Sequence record: DRR723986_712
Direction: 5' to 3' (one strand)
Length of the DNA stretch: 48,088 nt
Made by a program: the position numbers and the translations under genes
The notes under the pieces: generated by a model
The model's input: the letters and a program-made list of their open reading frames with translations, nothing else
What the model was told of the DNA's origin: nothing
Databases searched by the model: none
Shown here: positions 28,877 to 38,756 of the stretch, in pieces
Layout of the letters: each line of letters opens with the position of its first letter
How positions within the stretch are numbered: position 1 is the stretch's first letter

Positions 28877-29245
28877 GTGACAGCAGATACCGACAAAGCT
28901 TTGATTGAGGTCGTACGCCTGCGCGTGCGGCCTCAATTCATTTTCGTCCGCGGCGGCCGGGCCGAGCGGCGCAAGTCCGTCGTGGTGCAGGCCCGCAAGC
29001 GGGCAGGGGAGCCGCCGGGCCACCATGCCGGGGCCGGGTTCACGGCCACGAAAAAGATCGGCAATGCCGTCATTCGCAACCGGGCCAAGCGGCGCCTGCG
29101 CGAGGCCGCACGCCAGCTACTGCCGCGCCTCGGACAGCCGGGCTGGGACTATGTGTTCATTGCGCGTCAGGATACCGCTGATATTGGCTGGCCGCGTTTG
29201 CTTGACGATATGGAAAGCGCACTGATAAGCCTCGCCGCTGATTAA
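28877..29245 (+). CDS. rnpA: Ribonuclease P protein component
   Basis: GFTATKKIGNAVIRNRAKRRLRE (RNR motif), DYVFIAR; follows rpmH. Confidence 0.96.
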   Translation: MTADTDKALIEVVRLRVRPQFIFVRGGRAERRKSVVVQARKRAGEPPGHHAGAGFTATKKIGNAVIRNRAKRRLREAARQLLPRLGQPGWDYVFIARQDTADIGWPRLLDDMESALISLAAD

Positions 29246-29295
29246 ACCCGCCGCCCGTCCGGGCGCTCCTGCTTTAAGATTCCGGGACCCCCGAG

Positions 29296-31116
29296 ATGGA
29301 AAAAGAAGACCAGCGCAATTTTCTGCTCGCAATGGTGCTGATGATTGCGCTCGTGCTGGGCTATCAGAAATTCTTCGTTGAGCCCGCTCAGAAGAAGTAT
29401 GAGGCACAGCAGGCCGCAATCGAAGCGGAAACCCAGGCCAAGACGACCGACACCGGTGTCGTGGCGGTCGACCAGTTGAAGCCGGTGGAAGAGGCGCTCG
29501 CCGACAATCCGCGTATCGGGTTCGAAGGCCAGGGCGTGGATGGTTCCATCCGTCTTGCCGGCGCGCGCATCGATGATGTCAGCCTGCACAACTATTATCT
29601 TACGGTGGAAAAGAAGCAGGAAGTGCGCCTGTTCCGCCCTGAGAACAGCGAGTACGGCTACTTCGCGACATATTACTGGGCTTCCGGCGGCACGCTGGTG
29701 GCCGGGCGCAATTCCCCATGGACCGTGGTCTCCGGCGACAAGCTGACCCCGACCTCGCCGATTGTGCTGAAGCTGGAAGGCGACGGCGTCACGATTGAGC
29801 GGACCGTCTCGCTGGACGAGAACTACATGTTCACCTTCACCGACAAGGTGACCAATACCTCCGATACGGCGCGCAGCTTCCGGGCGATCGGATCGATTGA
29901 ACGGTTTGGCGATTTCAAAGGCTTCCTTGAGGCGACGGACCCCGGTTCCTCGGTTTCCACGGCTGCGCATATGGGCCTGATGGGCCATACCGACGGCTCG
30001 CTGCGCCTGAAGAAGTTCAATGGCCTCTACAAGATGAAAGACATCAAGGGCGAGTCCGCGGACGGCACTTTCCCGTCGTCGGATGGCGGCTGGTGGGGCC
30101 TGTCCGACAAATACTGGCTGGGCGCGCTCATCCCGCAGCAGGACATGTTCTTTGCCGGCCTCGTCGACAAGCGCAAGCTTGCGACCGGCAAGGACCTGGA
30201 GCTTCGCACGGAGTCTGCTTCGCTTGATCTTGCGCCTGGTGCCAGCGCGACGATGGAAAACCGCATCTTTGCGGGCGCCAAGCGCTACGAAGTGCTGAAG
30301 GATTACGAAAAGAACCTTGGCATTCCGAATTTCGAAGATGCCATCGACTGGGGCATGCTGTTCTTCCTCACCAAGCCGTTCTTCTACGCGCTGGAATGGC
30401 TGTCCGGCATTGTTGGCTCGTTCGGCTGGGCCATTCTTGCCTTTACGGTGCTCGTCAAGCTGCCGCTCGTGCCGCTCTTCAACCAGAGCTACAAGTCGAT
30501 GGCCAAGATGAAGAAGCTGCAGGAGCCGACGCAGGAAATCCGCGAACGGTTCAAGGCGGATCCACAGCGCCAGCAGCAGGAGATCATGAAGCTCTACAAG
30601 GAAGAAGGCGCAAACCCGCTCGGCGGCTGCCTCCCGATCCTTGTGACGATCCCGATCTTCTTCGCCCTGTTCAAGACGCTCTATGCCACGATCGAAATGC
30701 GCCACGCCTCCTTCATGTTCCTGAAGGACCTCTCGGCGCCGGACCCGACGGCGATCGGCAATCTGTTCGGTCTCATCCCGTGGTGGTCCGCGGCTGACCT
30801 GAAGGCCATCCCGTTCATCGGCATGGTGATCGGCGTCGGCATCCTGCCGATCCTCTATGGGGCAACCATGGCGGCCCTGCAGACCCTGTCGCCGCCGCCG
30901 CCGGATCCGATGCAACGCCGCATGATCCAGTTCATGCCGCTGATCTTCCTGTTCGTGTTCGGAGGATTCCCGGCTGGTCTGGTCATGTACTATATCTGGT
31001 CGAACACGCTGTCCTTTATCCAGCAATACTTCATCATGCGCCGGAACGGTGTGGATACCGAGATCGGCAAGTTCGTGAAGAAGCTGTTCACGGGCGGCAA
31101 GGAACCCGCCAGCTGA
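29296..31116 (+). CDS. yidC: Membrane protein insertase YidC
   Basis: DKYW, IDWG, SYKSMAKMKKLQ, NPLGGCLP, DLSAPDP, FPAGLVMYYIWSN. Confidence 0.97.
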   Translation: MEKEDQRNFLLAMVLMIALVLGYQKFFVEPAQKKYEAQQAAIEAETQAKTTDTGVVAVDQLKPVEEALADNPRIGFEGQGVDGSIRLAGARIDDVSLHNYYLTVEKKQEVRLFRPENSEYGYFATYYWASGGTLVAGRNSPWTVVSGDKLTPTSPIVLKLEGDGVTIERTVSLDENYMFTFTDKVTNTSDTARSFRAIGSIERFGDFKGFLEATDPGSSVSTAAHMGLMGHTDGSLRLKKFNGLYKMKDIKGESADGTFPSSDGGWWGLSDKYWLGALIPQQDMFFAGLVDKRKLATGKDLELRTESASLDLAPGASATMENRIFAGAKRYEVLKDYEKNLGIPNFEDAIDWGMLFFLTKPFFYALEWLSGIVGSFGWAILAFTVLVKLPLVPLFNQSYKSMAKMKKLQEPTQEIRERFKADPQRQQQEIMKLYKEEGANPLGGCLPILVTIPIFFALFKTLYATIEMRHASFMFLKDLSAPDPTAIGNLFGLIPWWSAADLKAIPFIGMVIGVGILPILYGATMAALQTLSPPPPDPMQRRMIQFMPLIFLFVFGGFPAGLVMYYIWSNTLSFIQQYFIMRRNGVDTEIGKFVKKLFTGGKEPAS

Positions 31117-31120
31117 TCCG

Positions 31121-31777
31121 ATGACAGAAGACATTTCCCCGGCAGGGCAGGGCCCCAGCGAAGACGCCCTGGAAGCGGGCCGCCTCCTGTTTGCAGGTGA
31201 GGCCACCTTCGTCATGGGCGTTGTGAACCTGAAACAGCTGCCAGCCGCCGACCGGCCGGAAGTCTGCTTTGCGGGCCGTTCCAATGTCGGCAAATCCAGC
31301 CTGATCAACGCGCTGACGAACCGGGCGAAACTTGCGCGCTCCTCGGCAGAACCCGGCCGGACACGTGAACTGAACTATTTCGATATTGGCGAAGGCCAGC
31401 TCTACCTCGTGGACTTGCCGGGCTTCGGGTATGCCAAAGTGTCCCGCTCGCAGACCGAGGCGTGGACGCGCCTCACCAAGTCCTACCTGCGCGGCCGCCC
31501 GTCTCTCCGCCGCGTCTTCCTGCTGGTCGATGCCCGCCGCGGCCTGATGGATACGGACGAAGAGGTCATGGACATGATGGACAAGTCCGCCGTGACCTAC
31601 CAGATCGTCCTGACCAAGGTGGACAAGGTCGCGAAAGGCGAAGTCGACACGCTCGCCGCAAAGATCGCCGAAAAGCTCAAGAAGCGCGGCGCGGCCCACC
31701 CGATCGTCCGCATGACGTCTTCGGAGAAGGGCTGGGGCATCCCGGAACTGCGCGCCGAGATTGTGGGCCTGATCTAG
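31121..31777 (+). CDS. engB: Ribosome biogenesis GTPase YihA/EngB
   Basis: GRSNVGKSSLIN, PGRT, DLPGFGYA, TKVDK. Confidence 0.96.
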   Translation: MTEDISPAGQGPSEDALEAGRLLFAGEATFVMGVVNLKQLPAADRPEVCFAGRSNVGKSSLINALTNRAKLARSSAEPGRTRELNYFDIGEGQLYLVDLPGFGYAKVSRSQTEAWTRLTKSYLRGRPSLRRVFLLVDARRGLMDTDEEVMDMMDKSAVTYQIVLTKVDKVAKGEVDTLAAKIAEKLKKRGAAHPIVRMTSSEKGWGIPELRAEIVGLI

Positions 31778-33936
31778 TCCGCCTGCTTTCCAGGGTGGTA
31801 GCGCCGGGTCGCATTTTCGGCGATTTCCAGCCAGTCCAGATGTGCCTTGCGCCAGTTTTCCGAAGCAAACAGTTCGGACTGGTCGGCATAGTGCGGTGAA
31901 TTCGGATCCAGCGTGGCCGTACCGAAGGGGTGGATGACCCGGGCGGTCTGATTGCCGTCGCTGTCCCACTCCACCAACGCAATCCATGTGTCACCGGCAT
32001 TCATGTGCAGTTCGCCATCATCGCGTATTTCCGCTGGGTAGACGGCGCGCAGCGTATCCGGACCGCCGCTGATCGGCCAGGCCTGGTCTCCGCGGGCGAG
32101 CTTGTTCACCTCGCTCCATTCCGGATCGATCCGGCCGTTATGCTCCATCAGCCAGCTGACGGCTTCCCGGAACGCTGTTTCCGGGGGTGGTGCGGGTTCA
32201 TGGGTGAAGCGCGCCGTGATCTCGCGCAGGGTTGTCAGCCCGCCAAGTGCTGCGTGGCGGGAGTGCATGTCCATGCCAAAGTCCCACTCTGCCAGGAACG
32301 CCGCCGCTTCCGCCAGCTCGGGCTCGTCGCGCCAGTCGTGCGAGAGCACGGCGTCGATCACCTGCCGGGCCTCGGACCCTTCGGCATAGGCGGTGTCAAA
32401 CTTGATGGAGAGCAGGCGGGGCCGGTCCATGGTGGACGTGCCGTCCGTCAGCTCCATGATGCGCAGCGCCCGATTGGTCTGGTTGGTCTGGAGGCCCATG
32501 CTTTGCGGGAAGTCTTCCGGCTTCAGATTGTCCGGTCCGTCCGTCGCGCTGTAGGGCGTGTTGTTGGCGTTGAAGACAAAGCCGGACGCGGGATTGATCA
32601 GTTTCGGTATGTCTGCCCAGTCGCGATAGCCTTGCCAGATCAGGTTCGACCGGTCACCCGGCAGGTCGCCGCTCCAGTCCCAGGCATCGTCCCGCGCGGG
32701 ATACTGGGCGTTGTGGATGAAGCCGACATTACCAGCCTTGTCGGCAAAGACATAATTGATCGAGGGCAGGGCGTTGATCGACATGGCATCGAGGAAACTG
32801 TCCAGCCCGGTGGATTTGTTGAGGCGGTAATACTGTTCCAGCTGGCGGATCTCTCCCATGCCGGCATAGCGGATGGCATAGGTGCCAGTCGGTGCTTCGA
32901 CCACCGGTCCGTGGGCGGAGCGCAGGACGGGGCGTTTCACCTTCAAGGCAAACGGCCCCCACAGCTTTACATGAAGGGTGGCAGTGGATTTTTTAAAATC
33001 CTGCCATGCGCCATCCAGCAGGTACTGGTCCTTGTTGTCCGGGTTCCGGGTCAGGACGTAGGTATCCGACAGGTCCTGTGCACTGACCGTGTTGGCCCAG
33101 CCGATATCATGGTTGAAGCCATGCAGGATGACCGGTGTGCCGGGGAAAATGCCGCCGGTAATGTCGAGACCTTCATCGGAAGCAATGTGCGCTTCATACC
33201 AGGCGACCGGGCCGGTCAGCGGCTGGTGGGAATTGATGATCAGGCGCGTCACCCCGTCCCCGCTGCGGGAAGGGGACACCGCAAAGGCGTTCGATCCGCG
33301 TTCGGCCAGGGTTTTGGGTGCCATGAGGAAGGCTTTCCGCTCACCTTGCGGATCGAGGGCGATGGCTTGTGCGTAATCGCCGGAGAACAGGCCGGTCAGC
33401 GTTTCGTCCAGGCCATAGAAGAAGGGTGTCTTGAACAGGAAGCCGGCAATGATGTCCTGCGGGGTGAACGGGGCAAGTCCGGCCCAGGTCTCGTCCGGGT
33501 GCTCTGACGCATAGAGGTTCAGTCCGGCAGCGTAGGCCTCGGCGACTGCCTTCACGTCTTCCGGCACGTCGCGCTCATACCGGGCGTCTATGGTCTCCCA
33601 CACGCCCAGCAGGGAGACGAGATAGTCGGCGGGCGCGGCGTCCTTTCCCCGGTAGCGCGCGAGGCGCCCGCGGGTCACGGCGACGACTTCCTGAATGGTC
33701 TCGAAATCATCTTCGGCATGGGCGTAGGCAAGGCCGAAAGAGGCATCCCGGTCCCGCGCCCCGCGAATGTGCGGCACGCCATATTCATCGCGCAGGATTT
33801 CCGCATCATAGCCTTCGGCGGTGGCTGCCAGAACGGCAGGGGCTGGGGTTGCGGGCAGAGGATCCCACAGGAAGCCCCCGGCACCTGCAAGAACCACCAG
33901 GGCGAGCCCCCCGAGACCAGACAGAATTCGTATCAT
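31774..33936 (-). CDS. Penicillin/cephalosporin/AHL acylase family Ntn-hydrolase
   Basis: GAGG RBS; N-terminal anchor; RDEYGVPHI, AYAHAED, processing site G|SNAFAV, INSHQP, HYADQ. Confidence 0.9.
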   Translation of the reverse strand: MIRILSGLGGLALVVLAGAGGFLWDPLPATPAPAVLAATAEGYDAEILRDEYGVPHIRGARDRDASFGLAYAHAEDDFETIQEVVAVTRGRLARYRGKDAAPADYLVSLLGVWETIDARYERDVPEDVKAVAEAYAAGLNLYASEHPDETWAGLAPFTPQDIIAGFLFKTPFFYGLDETLTGLFSGDYAQAIALDPQGERKAFLMAPKTLAERGSNAFAVSPSRSGDGVTRLIINSHQPLTGPVAWYEAHIASDEGLDITGGIFPGTPVILHGFNHDIGWANTVSAQDLSDTYVLTRNPDNKDQYLLDGAWQDFKKSTATLHVKLWGPFALKVKRPVLRSAHGPVVEAPTGTYAIRYAGMGEIRQLEQYYRLNKSTGLDSFLDAMSINALPSINYVFADKAGNVGFIHNAQYPARDDAWDWSGDLPGDRSNLIWQGYRDWADIPKLINPASGFVFNANNTPYSATDGPDNLKPEDFPQSMGLQTNQTNRALRIMELTDGTSTMDRPRLLSIKFDTAYAEGSEARQVIDAVLSHDWRDEPELAEAAAFLAEWDFGMDMHSRHAALGGLTTLREITARFTHEPAPPPETAFREAVSWLMEHNGRIDPEWSEVNKLARGDQAWPISGGPDTLRAVYPAEIRDDGELHMNAGDTWIALVEWDSDGNQTARVIHPFGTATLDPNSPHYADQSELFASENWRKAHLDWLEIAENATRRYHPGKQAD

Positions 33937-34099
33937 CGGCTGCACATCCTCGACCCCATATGCCTGCAACATTAGGAGGCTTTTCGGGTGCAGCAAGCGC
34001 CTTATCGGTATTGGCGAATCTGATGCGGGAACCGGTGCTCCGGAATGCTGCGGCGAATAGCCGTTTCGTCCCGCAGCAAAGCGCGTTAAAGGGGCGGCC

Positions 34100-34996
34100 A
34101 TGACTGATGACTTCTCCGCTGCCCAGTTCACCGCGAAAACCCTGTCAGAGGCGCTGCCCTATATTCAGCGCTATGTCGGGCAGACCGTCGTTGTGAAATA
34201 TGGCGGTCACGCCATGGTGGATGAGAAGCTGTCCGCCATGTTCGCGCGCGACGTCGTCCTGTTGAAGACGCTCGGCCTCCACCCGGTGATCGTGCATGGC
34301 GGCGGCCCGCAGATCGGCAAGCTGCTCGACCGGCTGGGCATTGTCTCGGAATTCAAGGGCGGCCTGCGCGTGACGGACGAAGCGACCATGGAAGTGGTCG
34401 AGATGGTCCTCTCAGGCCCGATCAACAAATCCATCGTCCGGGCGATCAACCAGGCAGGCGGTCTCGCTGTCGGCCTGTCGGGCTCCGATGGCCAGCTGCT
34501 GCAGGCGACCAAGGCCACCAAGACCGAACGCGATCCGGACAGCCATATCGAGCAGGTGCTGGACCTCGGTTTTGTGGGAGAGCCCACGGGCGTCGATACC
34601 AGCGTCATCGAGGCGCTGCTGCAGGCAGATTCCCAGCTGATTCCGGTCGTGGCGCCTGTCGCCATGGGGCCCGACGGGCACCGCTTCAATGTCAATGCGG
34701 ACACGGCCGCCGGCGCGCTCGCCGAGGCGCTGGGAGCCAGCCGCCTGTTGCTCCTGACAGACGTTGCCGGGGTGCTCGACAAGGACAAGAACCTGATGCG
34801 TGACATCAAGGTGGCCGACATTCCGCGCCTGATCGAAGACGGCACAGCTGTTGGTGGCATGATACCGAAGCTTGAAACCGCGGCGCATTCCGTAAATCAT
34901 GGTGTTGGGGCGGCGGTTATTCTGGATGGACGTGCGCCGCACGCCCTCCTCATGGAGCTGTTTACCGAACATGGCGCTGGAACGCTCATTTCGTAA
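34100..34996 (+). CDS. argB: Acetylglutamate kinase
   Basis: [41 protein letters not shown]. Confidence 0.97.
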   Translation: MTDDFSAAQFTAKTLSEALPYIQRYVGQTVVVKYGGHAMVDEKLSAMFARDVVLLKTLGLHPVIVHGGGPQIGKLLDRLGIVSEFKGGLRVTDEATMEVVEMVLSGPINKSIVRAINQAGGLAVGLSGSDGQLLQATKATKTERDPDSHIEQVLDLGFVGEPTGVDTSVIEALLQADSQLIPVVAPVAMGPDGHRFNVNADTAAGALAEALGASRLLLLTDVAGVLDKDKNLMRDIKVADIPRLIEDGTAVGGMIPKLETAAHSVNHGVGAAVILDGRAPHALLMELFTEHGAGTLIS

Positions 34997-36017
34997 CGTC
35001 CTGGCGGCCCTTGCGGTTGCCGTGTGTTTCCCTGGCCTTGCCGCTGCCGCGCAGGAATCCGGCGCGAAGGATGGCTGGAAGCTTTGCAACAAGACGTCCT
35101 ACATCATCGATGCCGCTTTCGGGGTGCCTGAGGAAAAGGACATCACGGTTGAAGGCTGGCTGAAGCTGCGCCCCGGCGAGTGCAAGGTCGCCGTCGAGAC
35201 GCCGCTGGAGCCGAAATACCATTTCCTCTATGCGCGGACCTCGCTGGCCCATCGCGGGGGCGCGCGTGAGTGGGGCGGTCGCACCGAGCTTTGTGTCGAC
35301 CCGACGGGGAGCTTCACGCTGGAAAACCCGCCGGAGTGCGCACCCATGGGACTGGAAGCCCGCGGGTTCCGCGCGGTGGAAGTGTCCAGCAAGATCCGCT
35401 GGACGACGGACCTGACCGAGATCGAGAATTACAGCCTCGACAAGGCCCGCGCGGCCGGGCTGCAGCGTCTGCTGGAGGAGGCCGGCATCGCCAGTGGCGC
35501 CATCGATGGCAATATCGGCCGGCGGACCCGTATCGCGATCGGCGAATTCCTGAAGCAGAACAAACTGCCAGCCGATACATCGGACGATGACCTGATCGAC
35601 TTCCTCGAACAGGTGGCGAAGGAGCGGGGCCGCAATGTCGGCTTCACGCTCTGCAATCGCACCAAGAAGCGGATCTGGAGCTCCATTGCGCGGCGCGGGG
35701 CCGAAGGCTGGGAGAGCCGTGGCTGGTGGCTGCTTGAGGCTGGCGGCTGCGCCCGTGTGATCGACCGGCCGCTACGGGGCACCGAATATTACGTCTATGG
35801 CGAGATGGAAGACGGCTCGAAAATCCGCACGCTGTCCAAGGCATCGGATGCATTTTGTGTCGGCCATGCGAAATTCGCCATCGCCGGGCGCGACCAGTGC
35901 GAGGCCTCGGCCTATCGTACGGCCCTGTTCGCCGCCACGCCGCCGCCGACCGAGCGCAAGCTGGTCTTCGAATTCTTCGAGCGGGACTTTGCCAAGGCAG
36001 GCGGTAATGACCGCTAA
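34971..36017 (+). CDS. Exported tandem DUF1036 protein with central peptidoglycan-binding-like domain
   Basis: Signal peptide; two LCN.T...GW..L..G.C units; middle LQRLL..AG...GAIDG.IG.RT..AI. Confidence 0.78.
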   Translation: MALERSFRNVLAALAVAVCFPGLAAAAQESGAKDGWKLCNKTSYIIDAAFGVPEEKDITVEGWLKLRPGECKVAVETPLEPKYHFLYARTSLAHRGGAREWGGRTELCVDPTGSFTLENPPECAPMGLEARGFRAVEVSSKIRWTTDLTEIENYSLDKARAAGLQRLLEEAGIASGAIDGNIGRRTRIAIGEFLKQNKLPADTSDDDLIDFLEQVAKERGRNVGFTLCNRTKKRIWSSIARRGAEGWESRGWWLLEAGGCARVIDRPLRGTEYYVYGEMEDGSKIRTLSKASDAFCVGHAKFAIAGRDQCEASAYRTALFAATPPPTERKLVFEFFERDFAKAGGNDR

Positions 36018-36753
36018 GGCCCCCGGCGTGCATATCGCCCCGTTCGGGAAGTTCGACCACGTCACCGACTGGGTCTTCGATCTCGACAACACGCTGTACC
36101 CGGCCGAATGCGACCTGTTCGCCGAGATCGACACACGCATGACGGCCTTTGTCTCCCGCGTGCTGGCCTTACCGCCGCAGGAAGCCCGCAAGGTGCAGAA
36201 GGACTATTACAAGACCTATGGCACGACCCTGTCGGGCCTGATGCATGTAAACCAGATCGAGCCGGCTGATTTCCTGCACTATGTGCACGATATTGACCTG
36301 TCGCCGCTGCCGGATCTGCCGGATTTGCGCTCGGCGATCGAGGCACTGCCGGGCCGCAAGTTCGTCTACACGAATGGCTCGCGCCGCCATGCCGAGCGCG
36401 TGACGGACAAGATGGGGCTCTCGCACCTGTTCCATGACAGCTTCGGCATCGAGGATGCGGCCTACACGCCGAAGCCCCGGCAGGATTCCTATGACCGGTT
36501 CTGCGGGCTGCACGGCGTCGATCCGAAACAGTCCATCTTCTTCGAGGACCTCGCCCGGAACCTGCTCCCGGCCAAGGATATGGGCTTCACAACGGTGCTG
36601 GTGCATTCCGAAAAGGACTGGAGCCACGAGCCCATCGAGGCCCGCCCTGCGACGCTTGAGGATATTTTGAAGGATGACGGGCCGGATCACATCGACTATG
36701 TCACCGGCGACCTCGCGGCCTTCCTTGAAGCGGCGCGGGACACGCTGAAATAA
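36007..36753 (+). CDS. HAD-superfamily pyrimidine 5'-nucleotidase
   Basis: [33 protein letters not shown]. Confidence 0.9.
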   Translation: MTAKAPGVHIAPFGKFDHVTDWVFDLDNTLYPAECDLFAEIDTRMTAFVSRVLALPPQEARKVQKDYYKTYGTTLSGLMHVNQIEPADFLHYVHDIDLSPLPDLPDLRSAIEALPGRKFVYTNGSRRHAERVTDKMGLSHLFHDSFGIEDAAYTPKPRQDSYDRFCGLHGVDPKQSIFFEDLARNLLPAKDMGFTTVLVHSEKDWSHEPIEARPATLEDILKDDGPDHIDYVTGDLAAFLEAARDTLK

Positions 36754-36776
36754 GAACCAGAACTGGGGGAAAACCC

Positions 36777-37604
36777 ATGACCGAAGCCCTTGCCCGCGTA
36801 ATCGATTCTGCCTGGGAGGCGCGCGACTCGCTCTCGACTGAAACGAAAGGCGAAGTGCGTGACGTCGTGGATGCCGCCATCGACCTGATCGACAAGGGCG
36901 AGGCTCGCGTCGCCGAGAAGGGCGCCGATGGCGAATGGGTTGTGCACCAGTGGCTGAAGAAAGCCGTGCTCTTGTCCTTCCGCCTCAATGCAAACGGCAT
37001 GATCGGCGGCGTGCCGGGCGGCGGCAATTGGTGGGACAAGGTGCCCTCCAAGTTCGAAGGCTGGGGCGAGACCGAGTTCAGGGAAGCCGGTTTCCGCGCT
37101 GTGCCGCCTTGCGCCGTGCGCCGGGGCGCCTTCGTTGCGCCGAACGCCGTGCTGATGCCGTCTTATGTGAACATCGGCGCCTATGTCGGCGAAGGTACGA
37201 TGATCGACACCTGGGCCTCTGTCGGCTCGTGTGCGCAGGTCGGCGCGAACTGCCACATCTCTGCCGGTACGGGCATCGGCGGCGTGCTGGAGCCGCTGCA
37301 GGCGAACCCGACCATTATCGAGGACAACTGCTTCATCGGCGCGCGTTCCGAAGTCGTCGAAGGCGTGATCGTGGGGGAGGGGTCGGTGATCGCCATGGGC
37401 GTGTTCATCACCCAGTCCACCAAGATCGTGAACCGCGCGACCGGCGAGATCAGCTATGGCAGGATCCCGCCTTACTCCGTCGTCGTGCCCGGCACCCTGC
37501 CGGACCCCAAAGGCGGTCCGAGCCTCGCCTGCGCCGTCATCGTGAAAACGGTCGACGCCCAGACCCGCTCCAAGACCGGCGTGAACGAGCTGCTGCGGGA
37601 CTAG
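36777..37604 (+). CDS. dapD: Tetrahydrodipicolinate N-succinyltransferase
   Basis: [54 protein letters not shown]. Confidence 0.97.
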   Translation: MTEALARVIDSAWEARDSLSTETKGEVRDVVDAAIDLIDKGEARVAEKGADGEWVVHQWLKKAVLLSFRLNANGMIGGVPGGGNWWDKVPSKFEGWGETEFREAGFRAVPPCAVRRGAFVAPNAVLMPSYVNIGAYVGEGTMIDTWASVGSCAQVGANCHISAGTGIGGVLEPLQANPTIIEDNCFIGARSEVVEGVIVGEGSVIAMGVFITQSTKIVNRATGEISYGRIPPYSVVVPGTLPDPKGGPSLACAVIVKTVDAQTRSKTGVNELLRD

Positions 37605-37689
37605 GCAGCCTGCCTCTGTTCCGCGGCGTCACGGGTTCCACGGCCCGGTGAAACGCGGTCTGATCCGCCAGGGAAGTGGAGGATCACGC

Positions 37690-38187
37690 ATGGCCAAGAA
37701 GCTGAAGCAGCATAATGCGGTGGGGAAAGACTATCTCGCCACTCTGGGAGAGAAGCTTAAAGTCACCCACGCCTTTCCGTTTCCGGCCTCTGCCGTCTGG
37801 GCGGCGCTGCTGGATGCGAAAGCCTGGACGGAATGGCTGGCGATCACGAAGGTGACCTGGACCAGTCCGGAACCTTATGCCGTCGGCACGACGCGGACGG
37901 TCGAGATCGGCGACATGGTCATCGACGAGGTCTTCTTCATCTGGGAAGAGGGCAAGCGGATGGCCTTCTATTTCGACAAGTCGACCCTGCCGATCTCCGC
38001 GGGTGTTGAAGACTATCACGTGGTCGAAACACCGGATGGCTGTGAGCTGCGCTGGGCCGGCAAGGCGAGCGCGCCGCTTTTCCTTGGCGGCATTGTTTCG
38101 AAGCAGCTGGCCAAGGGCATCGCCGAAGGTCTGCCAAAGCTGGAAGCCCTGATCCGCGACAATCCCGGCCGGTTCGGGCTCAATTGA
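37690..38187 (+). CDS. SRPBCC (polyketide cyclase-like) ligand-binding protein
   Basis: GGAGG RBS; VWAAL.D...WTEW, VGTTRTV, E.F..WEEGKR.AF. Confidence 0.78.
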   Translation: MAKKLKQHNAVGKDYLATLGEKLKVTHAFPFPASAVWAALLDAKAWTEWLAITKVTWTSPEPYAVGTTRTVEIGDMVIDEVFFIWEEGKRMAFYFDKSTLPISAGVEDYHVVETPDGCELRWAGKASAPLFLGGIVSKQLAKGIAEGLPKLEALIRDNPGRFGLN

Positions 38188-38225
38188 TATTGCGGGCCTG
38201 ATACAGGCGGAAATTTCCAGATTTA

Positions 38226-38237
38226 ACCCTTCAGGGT
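38226..38237. promoter_or_regulatory. Palindrome upstream of the lipoprotein, candidate LuxR/NarL-type operator
   Basis: ACCCT-TC-AGGGT within TAACCCTTCAGGGTGATG. Confidence 0.4.
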
Positions 38238-38300
38238 GATGAAGGTGCCGGTGTTTCCGGCGTCTATGGCTCCATCAATGACAGCGATGGAGCCGCTCCT

Positions 38301-38738
38301 ATGAAACACCTGATCCTAGTCCCAGCTTTGGCAATGGTCCTTGCCGCCTGCAGTACGACTGCCGGCGCGTCCGGAGACACGGCGGAACTTGCCCCTTTGC
38401 TGGTGGCGAATCAGCCCGGAGACGGTGACATGAGCTGTGAGCAGATCTCTGCCGAAATCGACAATATGAACCTGCTGATCGTCGAGGCGGAACAGGCATC
38501 GGCAAATGCGGAGGCATCAGGCGCTGCTGCGGGCGCCGCCACCGGTGCGGCGGTCAATGCTGCGCTCTATAGTGGTGCGCTTGGCCGCATGCCCGGGCTG
38601 GGTTTTGCCGCCAATGCTGCCGGTGGCCTCGCAAAACAACAGGCCGAGGCGCAGGCTGAACGACAGGCAGAAAATGCCAGACGGGCCGAGCTGCGCCGGA
38701 CGGCTCTGACAGGAATCTCTGCAGGCAAGGGCTGCTGA
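38301..38738 (+). CDS. Small lipoprotein with Gly/Ala zipper
   Basis: GGAG RBS; lipobox LAAC; MSCEQISAEI helix; GAAAGAATGAA; C-terminal GKGC. Confidence 0.8.
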   Translation: MKHLILVPALAMVLAACSTTAGASGDTAELAPLLVANQPGDGDMSCEQISAEIDNMNLLIVEAEQASANAEASGAAAGAATGAAVNAALYSGALGRMPGLGFAANAAGGLAKQQAEAQAERQAENARRAELRRTALTGISAGKGC

Positions 38739-38756
38739 GCTGGGTGGGGGGGCGCA

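Noticed and set aside
29246..29295. Missing yidD between rnpA and yidC, and no dnaA/oriC beside rpmH
   Set aside because: Common arrangement in Alphaproteobacteria; no DnaA-box cluster seen.
29242..31308. 688-aa minus-strand ORF
   Set aside because: Antisense shadow of yidC; no motifs.
31930..33507. 525-aa ORF and similar long shadows (1765..2985, 7719..8825, 17921..19072, 24203..25561, 43313..44764)
   Set aside because: All lie opposite well-supported genes and have no family motifs.
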